A stretch of 64,000 nucleotides of DNA from Opitutales bacterium (GCA_031552815.1 JAVBMG010000003.1:24100-88099); one strand, 5' to 3'. Shown: positions 1 to 10,546, numbered from the stretch's first letter. Numbers and translations are program-made. Notes: generated by a model not told the origin, from the sequence alone.

Positions 1-646
1 TGGCATTTGCAACGCGTATATTCAAATTGCCCTTGAGCGTGCCTACGGAGCCGACCACTGCGCCCGCATTGGAACCGTCTTTCACGCCGATGCCGACATT
101 GCCCCAAACGGTGCCGCCCGTCTGTACGCCGGTGATCGAGGTTACCACCGAAGCTCCGGTAAGTTCAACATTCACATCCGAAGCGGTTCCTTCCTTGCCG
201 ACGCTGTGACCGGCGCCGTTACCCGAACCGTAAATCGCCGTGGTGATTGGTACCCCATCACTATCCTGGTTGTAACCGTCAAGCCAGACATGGATGCTGC
301 CGGCAACATTTTTTGCGTTGGCGCCGCCGTAAAGCGTAATTTTGCCGAGCGTTTTGGCGTTACTTTCGGAATCCAGCTTTATCCAGATATTTTTTGAGAA
401 ATCAGCGGCTGAACCCGTCTGCCCGAAAAACGAGAAAGTCGTTGTGCCGTTCAGGCGCAGGAGGGTTGCGATGTCGCCCTCATATCCGGATTGCGTGGAA
501 ATATTTGTTCCCAGGGCACCCAGATAAAGCGTTGTTCCCGTTGAATAGGCGGTGGCATTCAGCGTTGGTCCGGTCTCCCAGGCAAAAGCGGTGGAAGCGC
601 CGGTGAATAGTGCAATAGGCGTGACTATTTTAATTAAGAAGCTCAT
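1..646 (-). CDS. N-terminal part of a secreted G/T/N-rich beta-strand-repeat surface protein (autotransporter-passenger or PEP-CTERM-like); runs off the window edge
   Basis: Not in the ORF track. Manual translation from ATG at 646 stays open to base 1: MSFLIKIVTPIALFTGASTAFAWETGPTL...ITLYGGANAKNVAGSIHVWLDG...GNLNIRVANA. Signal-peptide-like start ending AFA. Confidence 0.8.
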   Translation of the reverse strand, partial: MSFLIKIVTPIALFTGASTAFAWETGPTLNATAYSTGTTLYLGALGTNISTQSGYEGDIATLLRLNGTTTFSFFGQTGSAADFSKNIWIKLDSESNAKTLGKITLYGGANAKNVAGSIHVWLDGYNQDSDGVPITTAIYGSGNGAGHSVGKEGTASDVNVELTGASVVTSITGVQTGGTVWGNVGIGVKDGSNAGAVVGSVGTLKGNLNIRVANA

Positions 647-889
647 CCGATTCGTATATATTAAATGTGCTGTAACGTACTTATTCGAAAGATCTTAACT
701 GTTTTTCGTTTTCAGATTGTCCGAAATATTTTTACTTGGAGCCAGTGACTCAAAAAAAGCTGTAAACATATCGTTTTCAACGATGCTCATTTTTGAATAT
801 GCAAATGGAGTAGAAAAACCAGATAGAAAAAGTCGTTATGACTTGAAGCAAATTTTTTGAGGATGGAATAAGCTAATCATTATCATTTC

Positions 890-1990
890 TGTCAATTCAT
901 TTTTGCCAGAGAAAGCAGAAAACACGCTATCAAAAATTATCAATTACAACGGTAACAATAGGTTGCATGAATGTAGTTCGTTTTTGTATTACGTATGTAT
1001 AGTAACTATGGAATGGTTAAAGGCATGAGTAGTGCAGCTAAAACGAGTTCGTTGAGGTGACGTGTTGAGTCGGAATAAACGCTTCTTTGCGGCTAACGCG
1101 TGTTTTCGACAGAATGAACAGAATAGGTATCAGAATCATTTTTGCCACAGAGAGCAGAAGGCATACTGTTAAAAAAATGTTAATTGCGACGGTAATAGTA
1201 ATCTAAGCGATTGCGTATTGTACTTTTGTATGATTTCCGTAGCTTAATTGTAGAATAACGAAACGATAGCAGTGTCGTGCCAACGAGTTTTTTGAGGAAG
1301 AATATTGAGCCACAAAGAACGCAAAGAAAGCAAAGTATATAATCGGAATGTTGGTTAATTTTGTTAATCCTGTCTCAAATATCCGGTTTTTACGGCGAAG
1401 TCATTTTTTGATAAAATGAACAGAATAGGCAGAATGGTGAACGGGTTGACCGACGGGTGACCTTGTGCAGTAAATGTTGCCTCTGTTTTATGTGAACAGA
1501 GGCATTAAAGTATGAAAACGTAATTATCGTTTACTTCGTCAATCCAGTCTCAAGACGGTAATGTTGTTCTCTGTGGTTAACGCATGTTTCTGACAGAATA
1601 AACAAAATGGACGAAGCGAGAATTATTTTGCTACAGGGAATATAAAGAGTACAGAGGAGGTTTGTTCGTTTTGTAAACAATTGTTAATTAGGACGGTAAC
1701 GTTAACGAGGTCTTTGGCAAATCAACCTTCCGCGGCAACCTATAATCAGTGCCATGTCAACGAGTTCGTGGAGTTAGCGTATTGAACAGATATGCAAACC
1801 GTGTAATGGTTTTATTGAGCCACAAAGAGCACAAAGGACGCAAAGGAATTTTCGTTAATCCTGTCTCAAATATCCGGTTTTTATGGCGAAGTTATTTCTG
1901 ACAGAATGAACAAAGCCAGAATTATTTTCAGCCGCAAAAAACCCAGAGGAAGTAGTCTGTGTTAACTCTGTTAATCCTGTCTGATATCCT
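890..1990. repeat. AT-rich non-coding region built from degenerate direct-repeat modules
   Basis: GTTAATCCTGTCTCAAATATCCGGTTTTTA is identical at 1363-1392 and 1854-1883. ATTGAGCCACAAAGA occurs at 1304 and 1814. A block TTTTGCCA..AGCAGAA..ACGGTAA occurs at ~900 and ~1140, 240 bp apart. GACAGAATRAACA variants recur. No long ORF. Confidence 0.75.
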
Positions 1991-2008
1991 TTTTAGCCAT
2001 AGAGTAAA

Positions 2009-2051
2009 CAAAGGTCATGAAGCGTTATTGCTTTTCGCTGTATGACCTTTG
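2009..2051 (-). terminator. Possible terminator hairpin after the rhamnosidase gene
   Basis: Inverted repeat CAAAGGTCAT...ATGACCTTTG just past the stop at 2066. Confidence 0.45.
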
Positions 2052-2065
2052 CTATGTATCCATGA

Positions 2066-4741
2066 TTACGGTTGCTGCGGCCAGTCGATTTCGAAGTCGT
2101 ATTTTCCGGAGAGAACGGCTTTTTTGCTTCCGTCCGGGAGCACTATGTCCGCGGTGGTATTCGGCGGAATGACGGTGTGCAGTTTAAACTTTCCGTTCGT
2201 TATTTCCCAGTGACTGAGAAGCTGTCCGTAGGGCGTATCCAATTCGGCTTGAGCAAAGGTAATACCTCCGCCGGGAACGGGTTGAATGAGCGATTTTTTG
2301 AAACCGGGTTCCACGGACGTTAATCCGCCGATGCGGGCATAGATCCATTCGCCGACAGCACCGTAGGCGTAGTGATTAAAGGAATTCATGCCGACATCGC
2401 CAAAGCCTTTGTCCTTTGTGTAGCTATTCCAGCGTTCCCACATGGTGGTGGCGCCCTGGTGGATTGAATAGAGCCAGCCGGGATAGGTTTCCTGCTTCAG
2501 CAATGTGAATGCGACGTCCTGTTTCCCGATGGCATCCAACGTGGGCATCATGATACCGGTTCCGACGAACCCGGTGGAGAGGTGCCAGTCGCGGGCGCGA
2601 ATGTCAGCCACCAGACGGTCGATTGCCTGCGGGCGTTTGTTTTCCGGAAGCAGGTCAAAGGCCAGGGCGAGCAGATAAACGGTCTGCGTGTTTCCGCTGA
2701 TGCTACCGTCCTCATGAACGAATTTTCTGATGAAGGCATTGCGCACAAAGCGGTGGAGTTCGCGGTATTTTTCCGCGTCGCTGTTTTTTCCGAGGATGGC
2801 GGCACTGCGCGCGAGAATGTCGGCGCAATGGGCAAAGTAAGCGGTTCCGACGAGCGCCTTGGGCGTATCGGTTTCATGGGGTGCCGGATTTCCCGGGCGG
2901 TCAAGCGCGAGCCAGTCGCCGAAGCCTTCCTCCGGACGGATGCCTTCGTTGGCTGTCGTTTTCATGTATTCGACCCAGGCTTTCATGGCATCATAGTTTT
3001 CTTCCAGGATACGGCGGTCACCGTATTGCTGGTAGATGACCCACGGTACCACGGTCACGGCATCCGCCCAGGCGGCTGCCCCGCGGTCATGCCAGTCCGG
3101 CTTTGCCGGGACGATGTGGGTGACGGCGCCGTCGGGAAATTGCGCGTCGCGCACGTCCTTCATCCATTTTTCAAAGAATGCGCGGACATCGTAATTAAAT
3201 GTGGCGGTCCGGGCGAAAATCTGGGCGTCGCCTGTCCAGCCGAGCCGTTCGTCGCGCTGCGGACAATCGGTCGGGACTTCAAGGAAGTTCCCGCGCTGTC
3301 CCCAGACGATATTGCTTTGCAGCCGGTTGACGAGCGGATCGGAACAGAAGAACTTCCCGGTTCTTGGCATGTCATTATGCAAGACGAGTCCCTGGATATG
3401 CTTTATGAAATCACTGCGTGCCTGGGCATTGTTGAGTAGTGATTCATCCTGAATGCCGCTTATGCCGATGTAGCGGAATCCGTGGAACGTAAAGGTCGGC
3501 GACCAGTCCATGTTACCGTCTTTGGCGAAAATATAGCTGTCGGTGCTTTTGGCGCTCCGCAGGTTGGCGGTGTAAAGGGTGCCGTCCTCGTTCAACATTT
3601 CCGCATAGCGGATGGTGAGTTTCTGTCCCTGCTTCCCGGGTAAGGTCAGCCTGAGGATGCCGACCATGTTCTGTCCGAAATCCAAAACCAGTTCACCGTT
3701 GGAGGCTTTACCGAGCAAGGCAGGATAAAGCGTTTCCACGGCGCGGACGGGTTGGGATACCTTGGCGATCAGCGTTTCGCCGCCTTCGGGGCAGACCTGG
3801 ACATTTTTCCATTGGCCGGCAGCATATCCGGCTTTGTTCCATCCGTCTATTTCACGGTTTGCGTCATAGTTTTCACCGTTGTAAAAATCGGAATCGAGGA
3901 TCGGGCCGGTGGAGACTTTCCAGTGTTCGTCGCTGTAAATACGATCGGTGCTCCCGTCGTCGTAAGTAAGATCCAGCCGGAGCTTCAGGGCGGGTTCCTT
4001 GCCGTAGGCATGCCTGGCGTTCTGGAAGAACATATACCCGGCATACCAGCCTTCGCCGAGAATCGTCCCGATGGCATTGTCGCCTGTCTTCAGGAGCGGG
4101 GTTACGTCGTAAACCAGGTATTGGTTGGTTTTGCGGTAATCGGTCCAGCCGGGGGTGAAATAATCGTTGCCGACCTGCGTTCCGTTTATCCAGGCCTGAA
4201 AGAGTCCCCGGGCAGTTACGTACAGGCGGGCGCGTGCAATGGGTTTTGAAACGGTGAATTCCTTGCGGAGATAGGCAGGAGCAAGGCTCTTACTGTAATC
4301 ACGCTCGGGGTGGGCAATCCATTTGGCTTCTTTCCAGGCGTCGTTTCCCATCAGCCCGGTTTCAAAATAGGCGCGTTCGCTCCATGCGGAGGCTTGGCCA
4401 TTCTGGTCCCAGTAACGGACTTGCCACGCGTAGCGGGTGGCAGGCCTGGGTGAAAACCCCCGGGCGGTAGCATCAACCGATTGCGCGGCATTGACCTTCT
4501 TGCTTTCCCAGACGGGTTTCCCGGATTGGTCGGTCGGCGCTATCTCAGATATCTTGAGTTCGTAGGCGGTTTGCGCGGAACCTTGGCCGCTTGCCAGCCA
4601 CCAGGAGAAGCGGGGTTCGGACACATCAATGCCGAGAGGATTGGCTTTATTCTCGACCAATAGGTGATAGGGCGCGGCAGCGTCCGCATGGGAAAAAGTC
4701 CAGGCCCAAAAGAGACTGAGGATGAAAACAAGATGCTTCAT
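2066..4741 (-). CDS. Alpha-L-rhamnosidase, GH78 family, secreted
   Basis: GH78 motifs PTDCPQRDERLGWTGD, GATTMWERWN, SFNHYAYG and LDFGQNMVG. Likely start MKHLVFILSLF at 4741 with a signal peptide. Confidence 0.92.
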   Translation of the reverse strand: MKHLVFILSLFWAWTFSHADAAAPYHLLVENKANPLGIDVSEPRFSWWLASGQGSAQTAYELKISEIAPTDQSGKPVWESKKVNAAQSVDATARGFSPRPATRYAWQVRYWDQNGQASAWSERAYFETGLMGNDAWKEAKWIAHPERDYSKSLAPAYLRKEFTVSKPIARARLYVTARGLFQAWINGTQVGNDYFTPGWTDYRKTNQYLVYDVTPLLKTGDNAIGTILGEGWYAGYMFFQNARHAYGKEPALKLRLDLTYDDGSTDRIYSDEHWKVSTGPILDSDFYNGENYDANREIDGWNKAGYAAGQWKNVQVCPEGGETLIAKVSQPVRAVETLYPALLGKASNGELVLDFGQNMVGILRLTLPGKQGQKLTIRYAEMLNEDGTLYTANLRSAKSTDSYIFAKDGNMDWSPTFTFHGFRYIGISGIQDESLLNNAQARSDFIKHIQGLVLHNDMPRTGKFFCSDPLVNRLQSNIVWGQRGNFLEVPTDCPQRDERLGWTGDAQIFARTATFNYDVRAFFEKWMKDVRDAQFPDGAVTHIVPAKPDWHDRGAAAWADAVTVVPWVIYQQYGDRRILEENYDAMKAWVEYMKTTANEGIRPEEGFGDWLALDRPGNPAPHETDTPKALVGTAYFAHCADILARSAAILGKNSDAEKYRELHRFVRNAFIRKFVHEDGSISGNTQTVYLLALAFDLLPENKRPQAIDRLVADIRARDWHLSTGFVGTGIMMPTLDAIGKQDVAFTLLKQETYPGWLYSIHQGATTMWERWNSYTKDKGFGDVGMNSFNHYAYGAVGEWIYARIGGLTSVEPGFKKSLIQPVPGGGITFAQAELDTPYGQLLSHWEITNGKFKLHTVIPPNTTADIVLPDGSKKAVLSGKYDFEIDWPQQP

Positions 4742-4857
4742 ATGGCAATATGGTTTATTTTTATGGTAAGAGACTGACATAATGGTAAGCATCTGCAACC
4801 GGGAATCGTTTCGCGGCGTTTAAAATAATATTCTGCCGAATTAATCATTGAAAACAT

Positions 4858-7029
4858 ATGCATGCAAAAATCATATCCCTTGTCGCCCTGATGGCTGTAC
4901 CGTTTTCGTGCGCGTTTGCACAGGAACGTTTACCGGAAAAGACCTCGTTCCAGGAAGCTGCGGGCTGGGAGGCGGATTACGATGTACGCTCCGACGTGGT
5001 GATGGTTTACGGCGTCAACAGCAGCTTTGAGAATCGCGTGAAGCTTTGGCGCGAAAAGGGCTATAACGTGCAGTTCATGACGGGGATCGCCTGGGGCGAA
5101 TACCAGGATTATTTCACGGGGAAGTTTGACGGCAAAACGCACTTTGAAGACGGTCAGGTCGAACGCAACGGGCAGACGATCTGGCACGGAAAGGATGTGC
5201 CTTACATCGTGCCGTCGGACGCGTTTCTTACCTATATGAAGTCATTAATCCGCCGGGTGATCGATGCGGGCATTGACACGATCTTTCTGGAAGAGCCTGA
5301 ATTCTGGGCACGTGCGGGTTACAGTGAGTCTTTCAAGAAGGAATGGGACAAGTATTATGGTTTTCCCTGGCAGGCGCAGCATGAGTCCCCGGAAGCAACG
5401 TATCTTTCGTCAAAACTGAAATATCATCTGTATTTCAAGGCCTTGCAGGAGGTTTTTCTTTATGCAAGGGCTTACGGCGAGACGAAAGGGATGAAGGTGC
5501 GCTGTTTCGTGCCCACGCATTCGTTGCTGAATTATTCGTCGTGGCAGATTGTCAGCCCGGAAGCGAGCCTGGCCGCGCTGGAGGGGATGGACGGTTACAT
5601 CGCGCAGGTCTGGACGGGAACCTCGCGCGAGCCGACTTATTTCAACGGTAGCATGAAGGAGCGTGTCTTTGAGAATGCCTTCCTTGAATACGGCAGCATG
5701 CTGTCGATGACCGCTCCCACGGGACGGAAAATGTATTTTCTGAGCGATCCGATTGAGGACCGGTCACGGACCTGGGATGATTACAAGAAAAACTACCAGG
5801 CTACGTTTACCGCGGAGCTGATGTATCCGTCGGTTGAAAACTTTGAGGTGATGCCTTGGCCGCGCCGTATTTATAAGGGCCGTTTCCCGGTAGCGGGTTC
5901 GGAGGAGCGCCAGCCGATTTCCCCGGCTTACGCGACGCAGATGCAGGTCATGGTGAATTCGCTCAATGCCATCCGTGCGTCCGATGACAGCATCGACGGC
6001 AGCGTGGGGATTGCCGTGCTGGTGGCGAACTCGATGATGTTCCAGCGCTTTCCGACGCATGCGGGTTACGAGGATCCGCGTTTGTCCAATTTCTACGGCA
6101 TGGCGCTTCCGTTGCTTAAACGGGGGATTCCGGTGCAGACGGTTCACATGGAAAACCTTGGGTTTTCGGAATCGCTCAGGCAGGTCAAGGTGTTAGTCAT
6201 GAGTTATGCGAACATGAAGCCGCCGTCCCGCGATGTGCATAAGCAGCTTGCCGCGTGGGTAAACAACGGCGGGGTCCTGATTTACTACGGACGCGACGAT
6301 GATCCTTTCCAGGGCGTGAAAGAATGGTGGAACAGCAACGGATTGAATCTGAAGCGGCCGTCGGACGATCTGTTTTCCCTCCTGAAACCGGATGCGGCAA
6401 AGCTGACGGATGTCCGGGAGCAGGGCTTTGCGTGCGGAAAGGGTTTTGTGTTTATTGTCAGGAAAGACCCGAAGGAATTAGTACTGGAAAAGGATAAGGA
6501 TGCTACCTTCCTGGAACAGGTGCGTTTGGCTTACGAGGAGAAAGCAAAGGCCGGAAAACTGGTTTTTAAAAATCATCTTTACCTGAAGCGCGGTCCTTAT
6601 GATGTGCTTGCCGTGATGGATGAAAGCGTCAGTAACGAACCTTTTACGGTACAAGGCCCTGTGATCGACCTGTTTGACCCGAAACTTCCGGTTTTGGAAA
6701 AGAAGACGGTAGCGTGCGGGGAGCAGGCCTATCTTTATAACCTGAACCGGATAACGGATAAGGACAGCATGCTGGTGTTGGCTTCGGCCTGCCGCGTCTA
6801 TGATGAAAAGAAAACGGAAGAGAGCTACCGCTTTGTGGCGAAGAGTCCGTCCAATACGCAGAATGCGATGCGGATACGCTTACCCAAGGCTCCGAAGGCA
6901 ATTACCGTTATCAATCCTGACGGGGATGCTGCCGAGGATGCGGAATATACCTGGGATGCTGCCAGCAGGACGCTATTCCTTTCCTTCCGGAATTACAGCG
7001 AGGGGGTTGAGGTCGAAATCGGATTCTAG
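4858..7029 (+). CDS. Uncharacterised secreted protein, probably glycoside hydrolase-like (barrel plus glutamine-amidotransferase-like domain)
   Basis: 723 aa, signal peptide ending AFA-QE, IFLEEPEFW acidic motif, 'LAAWVNNGGVLIY' resembling a GH42-type trimerisation domain; divergent from the GH78 gene. Confidence 0.6.
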   Translation: MHAKIISLVALMAVPFSCAFAQERLPEKTSFQEAAGWEADYDVRSDVVMVYGVNSSFENRVKLWREKGYNVQFMTGIAWGEYQDYFTGKFDGKTHFEDGQVERNGQTIWHGKDVPYIVPSDAFLTYMKSLIRRVIDAGIDTIFLEEPEFWARAGYSESFKKEWDKYYGFPWQAQHESPEATYLSSKLKYHLYFKALQEVFLYARAYGETKGMKVRCFVPTHSLLNYSSWQIVSPEASLAALEGMDGYIAQVWTGTSREPTYFNGSMKERVFENAFLEYGSMLSMTAPTGRKMYFLSDPIEDRSRTWDDYKKNYQATFTAELMYPSVENFEVMPWPRRIYKGRFPVAGSEERQPISPAYATQMQVMVNSLNAIRASDDSIDGSVGIAVLVANSMMFQRFPTHAGYEDPRLSNFYGMALPLLKRGIPVQTVHMENLGFSESLRQVKVLVMSYANMKPPSRDVHKQLAAWVNNGGVLIYYGRDDDPFQGVKEWWNSNGLNLKRPSDDLFSLLKPDAAKLTDVREQGFACGKGFVFIVRKDPKELVLEKDKDATFLEQVRLAYEEKAKAGKLVFKNHLYLKRGPYDVLAVMDESVSNEPFTVQGPVIDLFDPKLPVLEKKTVACGEQAYLYNLNRITDKDSMLVLASACRVYDEKKTEESYRFVAKSPSNTQNAMRIRLPKAPKAITVINPDGDAAEDAEYTWDAASRTLFLSFRNYSEGVEVEIGF

Positions 7030-7058
7030 ATGCGTTTTACCTTAAACGGTAAAATGTC

Positions 7059-9129
7059 TTAATTTCCTGCTGAGCTTTTCGGAACCTCGTTTCCGTGCAG
7101 TTCGATTTCCTGTATCCTGGCGATGCCATCGGCTCCGGGATCGTCTATGGAAATGCGTACGTATCGTGCCTTGAAGGGGTTTACTGTCCGGTCAACGATA
7201 TCCTCGGTGTTGTTGCGGACGCTGTCGATGTCTTTCCAGAACCTGGCATCCGAACTGATCTGAACGGTAAATGCCTTTGTGTTTAAGGTCTTGGGATGAT
7301 AAGCGGTTGCGGCGTTCTTGATGACGTAACGGCTGATGCTGTGCTCTGTCTTGAGGTCAATCCCAACCCAGTGTTTCCCTTTGCTTGCTGATTGCCAACC
7401 GGAGGTTAATGATCCGTCCACCAAATGGGACGGTTCATAATCCTTGGCTGTATTGGAGGCAAATGTCTCTGCCCTGAGCGCAACGTTGTAAGGCAGTGCG
7501 TTGTACTCGTTATGCAACATCATCAAATGATCCATCCTGACGATTTCAAGATCATCGCCGAATTCGGCTTTAAGATTATCAATCATTTTATTGACTTCTT
7601 TCATTCCCATTTCCCAGGCAACGGGCTGGGAAGCCCAGAACTCAGGCCGGCTTGGTTTCTTTCCGGCGGATTCTTTCCAGCGAAGGATGTGTTCCTTCAT
7701 TATCTTTTCATGCCGCGGAGCATCGCCGTCGTAACGCGGCGCGAGCAGAATCCGGGGTAGACGCCTGTTGAATACCTCAATCCGGGGTTGGTCTTTCATC
7801 GGTTCCTGGGCGGTTAGCCCGATCAGGGACTTTCCTTGCTGTTCGTAAATTTTTCCGAAAGCGGTCGGCAGCTTGTTCCAGATGGTGGCAACGGTAAATC
7901 CTGACTTGCTGAAATACGCATTGGTCAACTGTGCGTAGCGTTCAAAGGGTTCGCGAGCCCAGTATTGGGGATCGGTATAACCGAAGCCGGAAGGGCCAGA
8001 GACAATGCAATCATTGTCGCTTGCGGTCTTGTAGTAATAATTGAGCATCTGGGGAGCGGCGTCCAGCAGAGGGGGCGACATGGTCCAATTCATGGGGAAG
8101 GAGCCCCGCAGTTTGCTTGACCACAGGTTCTCGTTTGTTTTCAGGGAGTGTTCGCAGTATTGGAGGTTGTCTCCGTCGCTGAACACGAGGGCGAGATAGA
8201 ATTTGTTTTTCAATTCGGGTTTTGCGGGAACCGTCGGCACGGATAATTCTTTTGAGCAGGCGGCATATACGGTCATGTTCTCAAAGAAATCGGCGGGGAT
8301 GGTGGGGATACCGTATTTCGACGACTTGAAGATACCGTTGCCTTCATTCGGCCACCAGCCGAGATAATAGGTGCTGACGGGGGTATATTCTTTAAGGAAC
8401 TTGTTGATGTATTCCTCGTCGCGTGTACTTTTTTGTTTCCCTTTTTCATCGGGATCGGCGGAATTCGGATCGAACCAAACAACCATTGCCTTGGTTGCAA
8501 CCGCGAAATCGCGGAGGTGTGCGTGATGTGTGGTCGGCGATGATTACCCGCTTTGTGCAACGGGGCAAAAGTTTCTGATAGGCGTAATCGTAAGCTGCGT
8601 ATTTATCGGCAAACATCCCGTTGAAATCCTGAATGACTTTGAAACGGTACGGTTTTTCCTGCAGTGTCTTTGCGAGTTCGGGAGACACGATGAGCGCATC
8701 CTCGAGGCCGGCAAGGGTGGTCGCCAGGTTGACGGTAGCATCGACTTTCGGATCATAGACAACGAGTCCTTTGATTTCCCGTTTGTATTTTTCAATGATC
8801 TGGTACGGGTCGTTTTCCATTTTGTAACGGAGTCCCATGACTTCCGGCCATTGTTCCCGATTATTACCGTTATTTAACACGAGGAGCCGTGGCTGCTTTC
8901 TGTTCAATAATCCCTGCAACCCGACCATCATGGTCTGGACATCCTTGCTTTTGCCTTCTGCGTTTACGGCATCCAGATTTTTCGCAGGCCGGGCGAAATT
9001 GGGGAATACCTGATTGTCAGACCAGGTGATCCCTGTTTCCGGGATTGTGTTCTCATCGCTGTTTGTCTGCGCATGAGCGGCAAGCAGTGTTGCAATGAAG
9101 ACAATGAAGGATGCTAAGATTTTTCTCAT
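7059..9129 (-). pseudogene. GxGYxYP-family putative glycoside hydrolase with C-terminal F5/8 (CBM32-like) domain, split by a frameshift near 8535 (real lesion or assembly error)
   Basis: ORF 8446-9129 has the signal peptide and LQGLLNRKQPRL. The +1 frame continues PTTHHAHLRDFAVATKA into MVVWFDP of ORF 7059-8486, which has SDGDNLQY, GPSGFGYTDP and discoidin-type WVGIDL...ARYVRI...IQEIELHG. Confidence 0.75.
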
Positions 9130-9257
9130 GACCTATTCTTCTTATATGATGAACAACCGTTTATCGGAGGATGTTACATGGATGCTTATACTTTTAAAAG
9201 AATTTAAAGTCTGTAAATATTATTTGTGCGATCAGAAAATCGAATCCAGGATACAAC

Positions 9258-9290
9258 AAAAAAAGCGGTAGCATGATGCTACCGCCTTTT
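9258..9290 (-). terminator. Intrinsic terminator made of two inverted copies of the motif
   Basis: AAAAAAAG-CGGTAGCAT-G-ATGCTACCG-CCTTTT; gives a U-tract on the minus strand after the stop at 9314. Confidence 0.85.
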
Positions 9291-9313
9291 CTGTTTGTGT
9301 CTGTGAAAGTTTT

Positions 9314-10546
9314 TTATTTGTGGAGGATTTGCCACTTGCTTCCATCCAGCTTGGTATCTTCCTCAATCTGCCAGGGAAGTCCTGCGGAACCGAGACGTTC
9401 GAGGAACGGATCCGGATCGAGCTGTTCCATATTATAAACGCCTTTGCCTGTCCATTTGCCTGTGAGCATCATTTCCGCGCCGACTACGGCGGGTACCCCT
9501 GTGGTGTAGGAAATCGCCTGGCTGCCTACTTCACGGTAGGATTCCTGGTGGTCGCAAACCTGATAGATGAATATACGGCGTTTTTTGCCGTCCTTTACGC
9601 CTTCGCAGAGACAGCCGATACAGGTTTTTCCCTTGGTGCGCGGCCCGAGCGAAGCAGGGTCGGGAAGGAGGGCTTTCAGGAATTGGATCGGCACGATTTC
9701 CTTTCCTTCATAGATGACGGGATCAATGCGTGTCATGCCGACATTTTGCAAGACTTCAAGGTGTTTCAGGTAGTTCTTGGAAAAGGTCATCCAGAAACGG
9801 ATGCGTTTGAGTCCCTTGATATTCAAGGCAAGCGACTCGAGTTCCTCATGATACATGAGGTAAATGTCCTTGGTGCCGACTTCGGGATGCGGGAAATCAA
9901 ACGGTTGATTCACGGAAAGGGGCGGTGTTTCCTTCCATTCGCCGTTTTCCCAGTAGCGGCCCTTAGCCGTTACCTCGCGGATATTGATCTCAGGATTAAA
10001 ATTGGTTGCAAACGGATAACCGTGATCCCCGGCATTGGCGTCAATGATGTCCACCTGGTGGATTTCATCAAAATAATGCTTTTGTGCATAGGCGCAGAAT
10101 ACATTGGTTACTCCGGGATCGAATCCGCTGCCGAGTAATGCCATGATGCCTTTTGACTTGAAGCGGTCCTGGTAAGCCCATTGCCATTTATACTCGAATT
10201 TGGCGGTATCCAGGGGCTCATAGTTGGCGGTGTCAAGATAGGGAACGCCTGTTGCAAGGCAGGCATCCATGATGGTCAAATCCTGATAGGGAAGGGCAAT
10301 GTTCATCACAAGGTTCGGTTTTACCTTGTTGATGAGTTCAATAAGCTGATCGACTTTATCGGCATCGACGGCGGCGGTATGAATGTCGCGTCCGCATCTC
10401 TTTTTGATGTCTGCGGCAATCGCGTCGCACTTGGATTTTGTGCGGCTGGCAAGCCAGATTTCAGAGAAGACTGTTGGGTTTTGCGCACACTTTTGGGTGA
10501 CGACATTGCCGACGCCTCCCGCTCCGATGATAAGTACTTTGTTCAT
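9314..10546 (-). CDS. Carboxy(nor)spermidine synthase/dehydrogenase (saccharopine dehydrogenase family)
   Basis: GAGGVG Rossmann motif, NIALPYQDLTIMDAC, YLDTANYE, GFDPGVT, FATNFNPEINIRE; immediately downstream of speA. Confidence 0.9.
   Translation of the reverse strand: MNKVLIIGAGGVGNVVTQKCAQNPTVFSEIWLASRTKSKCDAIAADIKKRCGRDIHTAAVDADKVDQLIELINKVKPNLVMNIALPYQDLTIMDACLATGVPYLDTANYEPLDTAKFEYKWQWAYQDRFKSKGIMALLGSGFDPGVTNVFCAYAQKHYFDEIHQVDIIDANAGDHGYPFATNFNPEINIREVTAKGRYWENGEWKETPPLSVNQPFDFPHPEVGTKDIYLMYHEELESLALNIKGLKRIRFWMTFSKNYLKHLEVLQNVGMTRIDPVIYEGKEIVPIQFLKALLPDPASLGPRTKGKTCIGCLCEGVKDGKKRRIFIYQVCDHQESYREVGSQAISYTTGVPAVVGAEMMLTGKWTGKGVYNMEQLDPDPFLERLGSAGLPWQIEEDTKLDGSKWQILHK

Noticed and set aside
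27-606. Four short plus-strand ORFs, including a Pro/Thr-rich one
   Set aside because: Shadows of the minus-strand gene starting at 646.
890-1990. Possible CRISPR array
   Set aside because: The repeats are degenerate, spaced 240-500 bp apart and lack constant-length spacers; no cas genes nearby.
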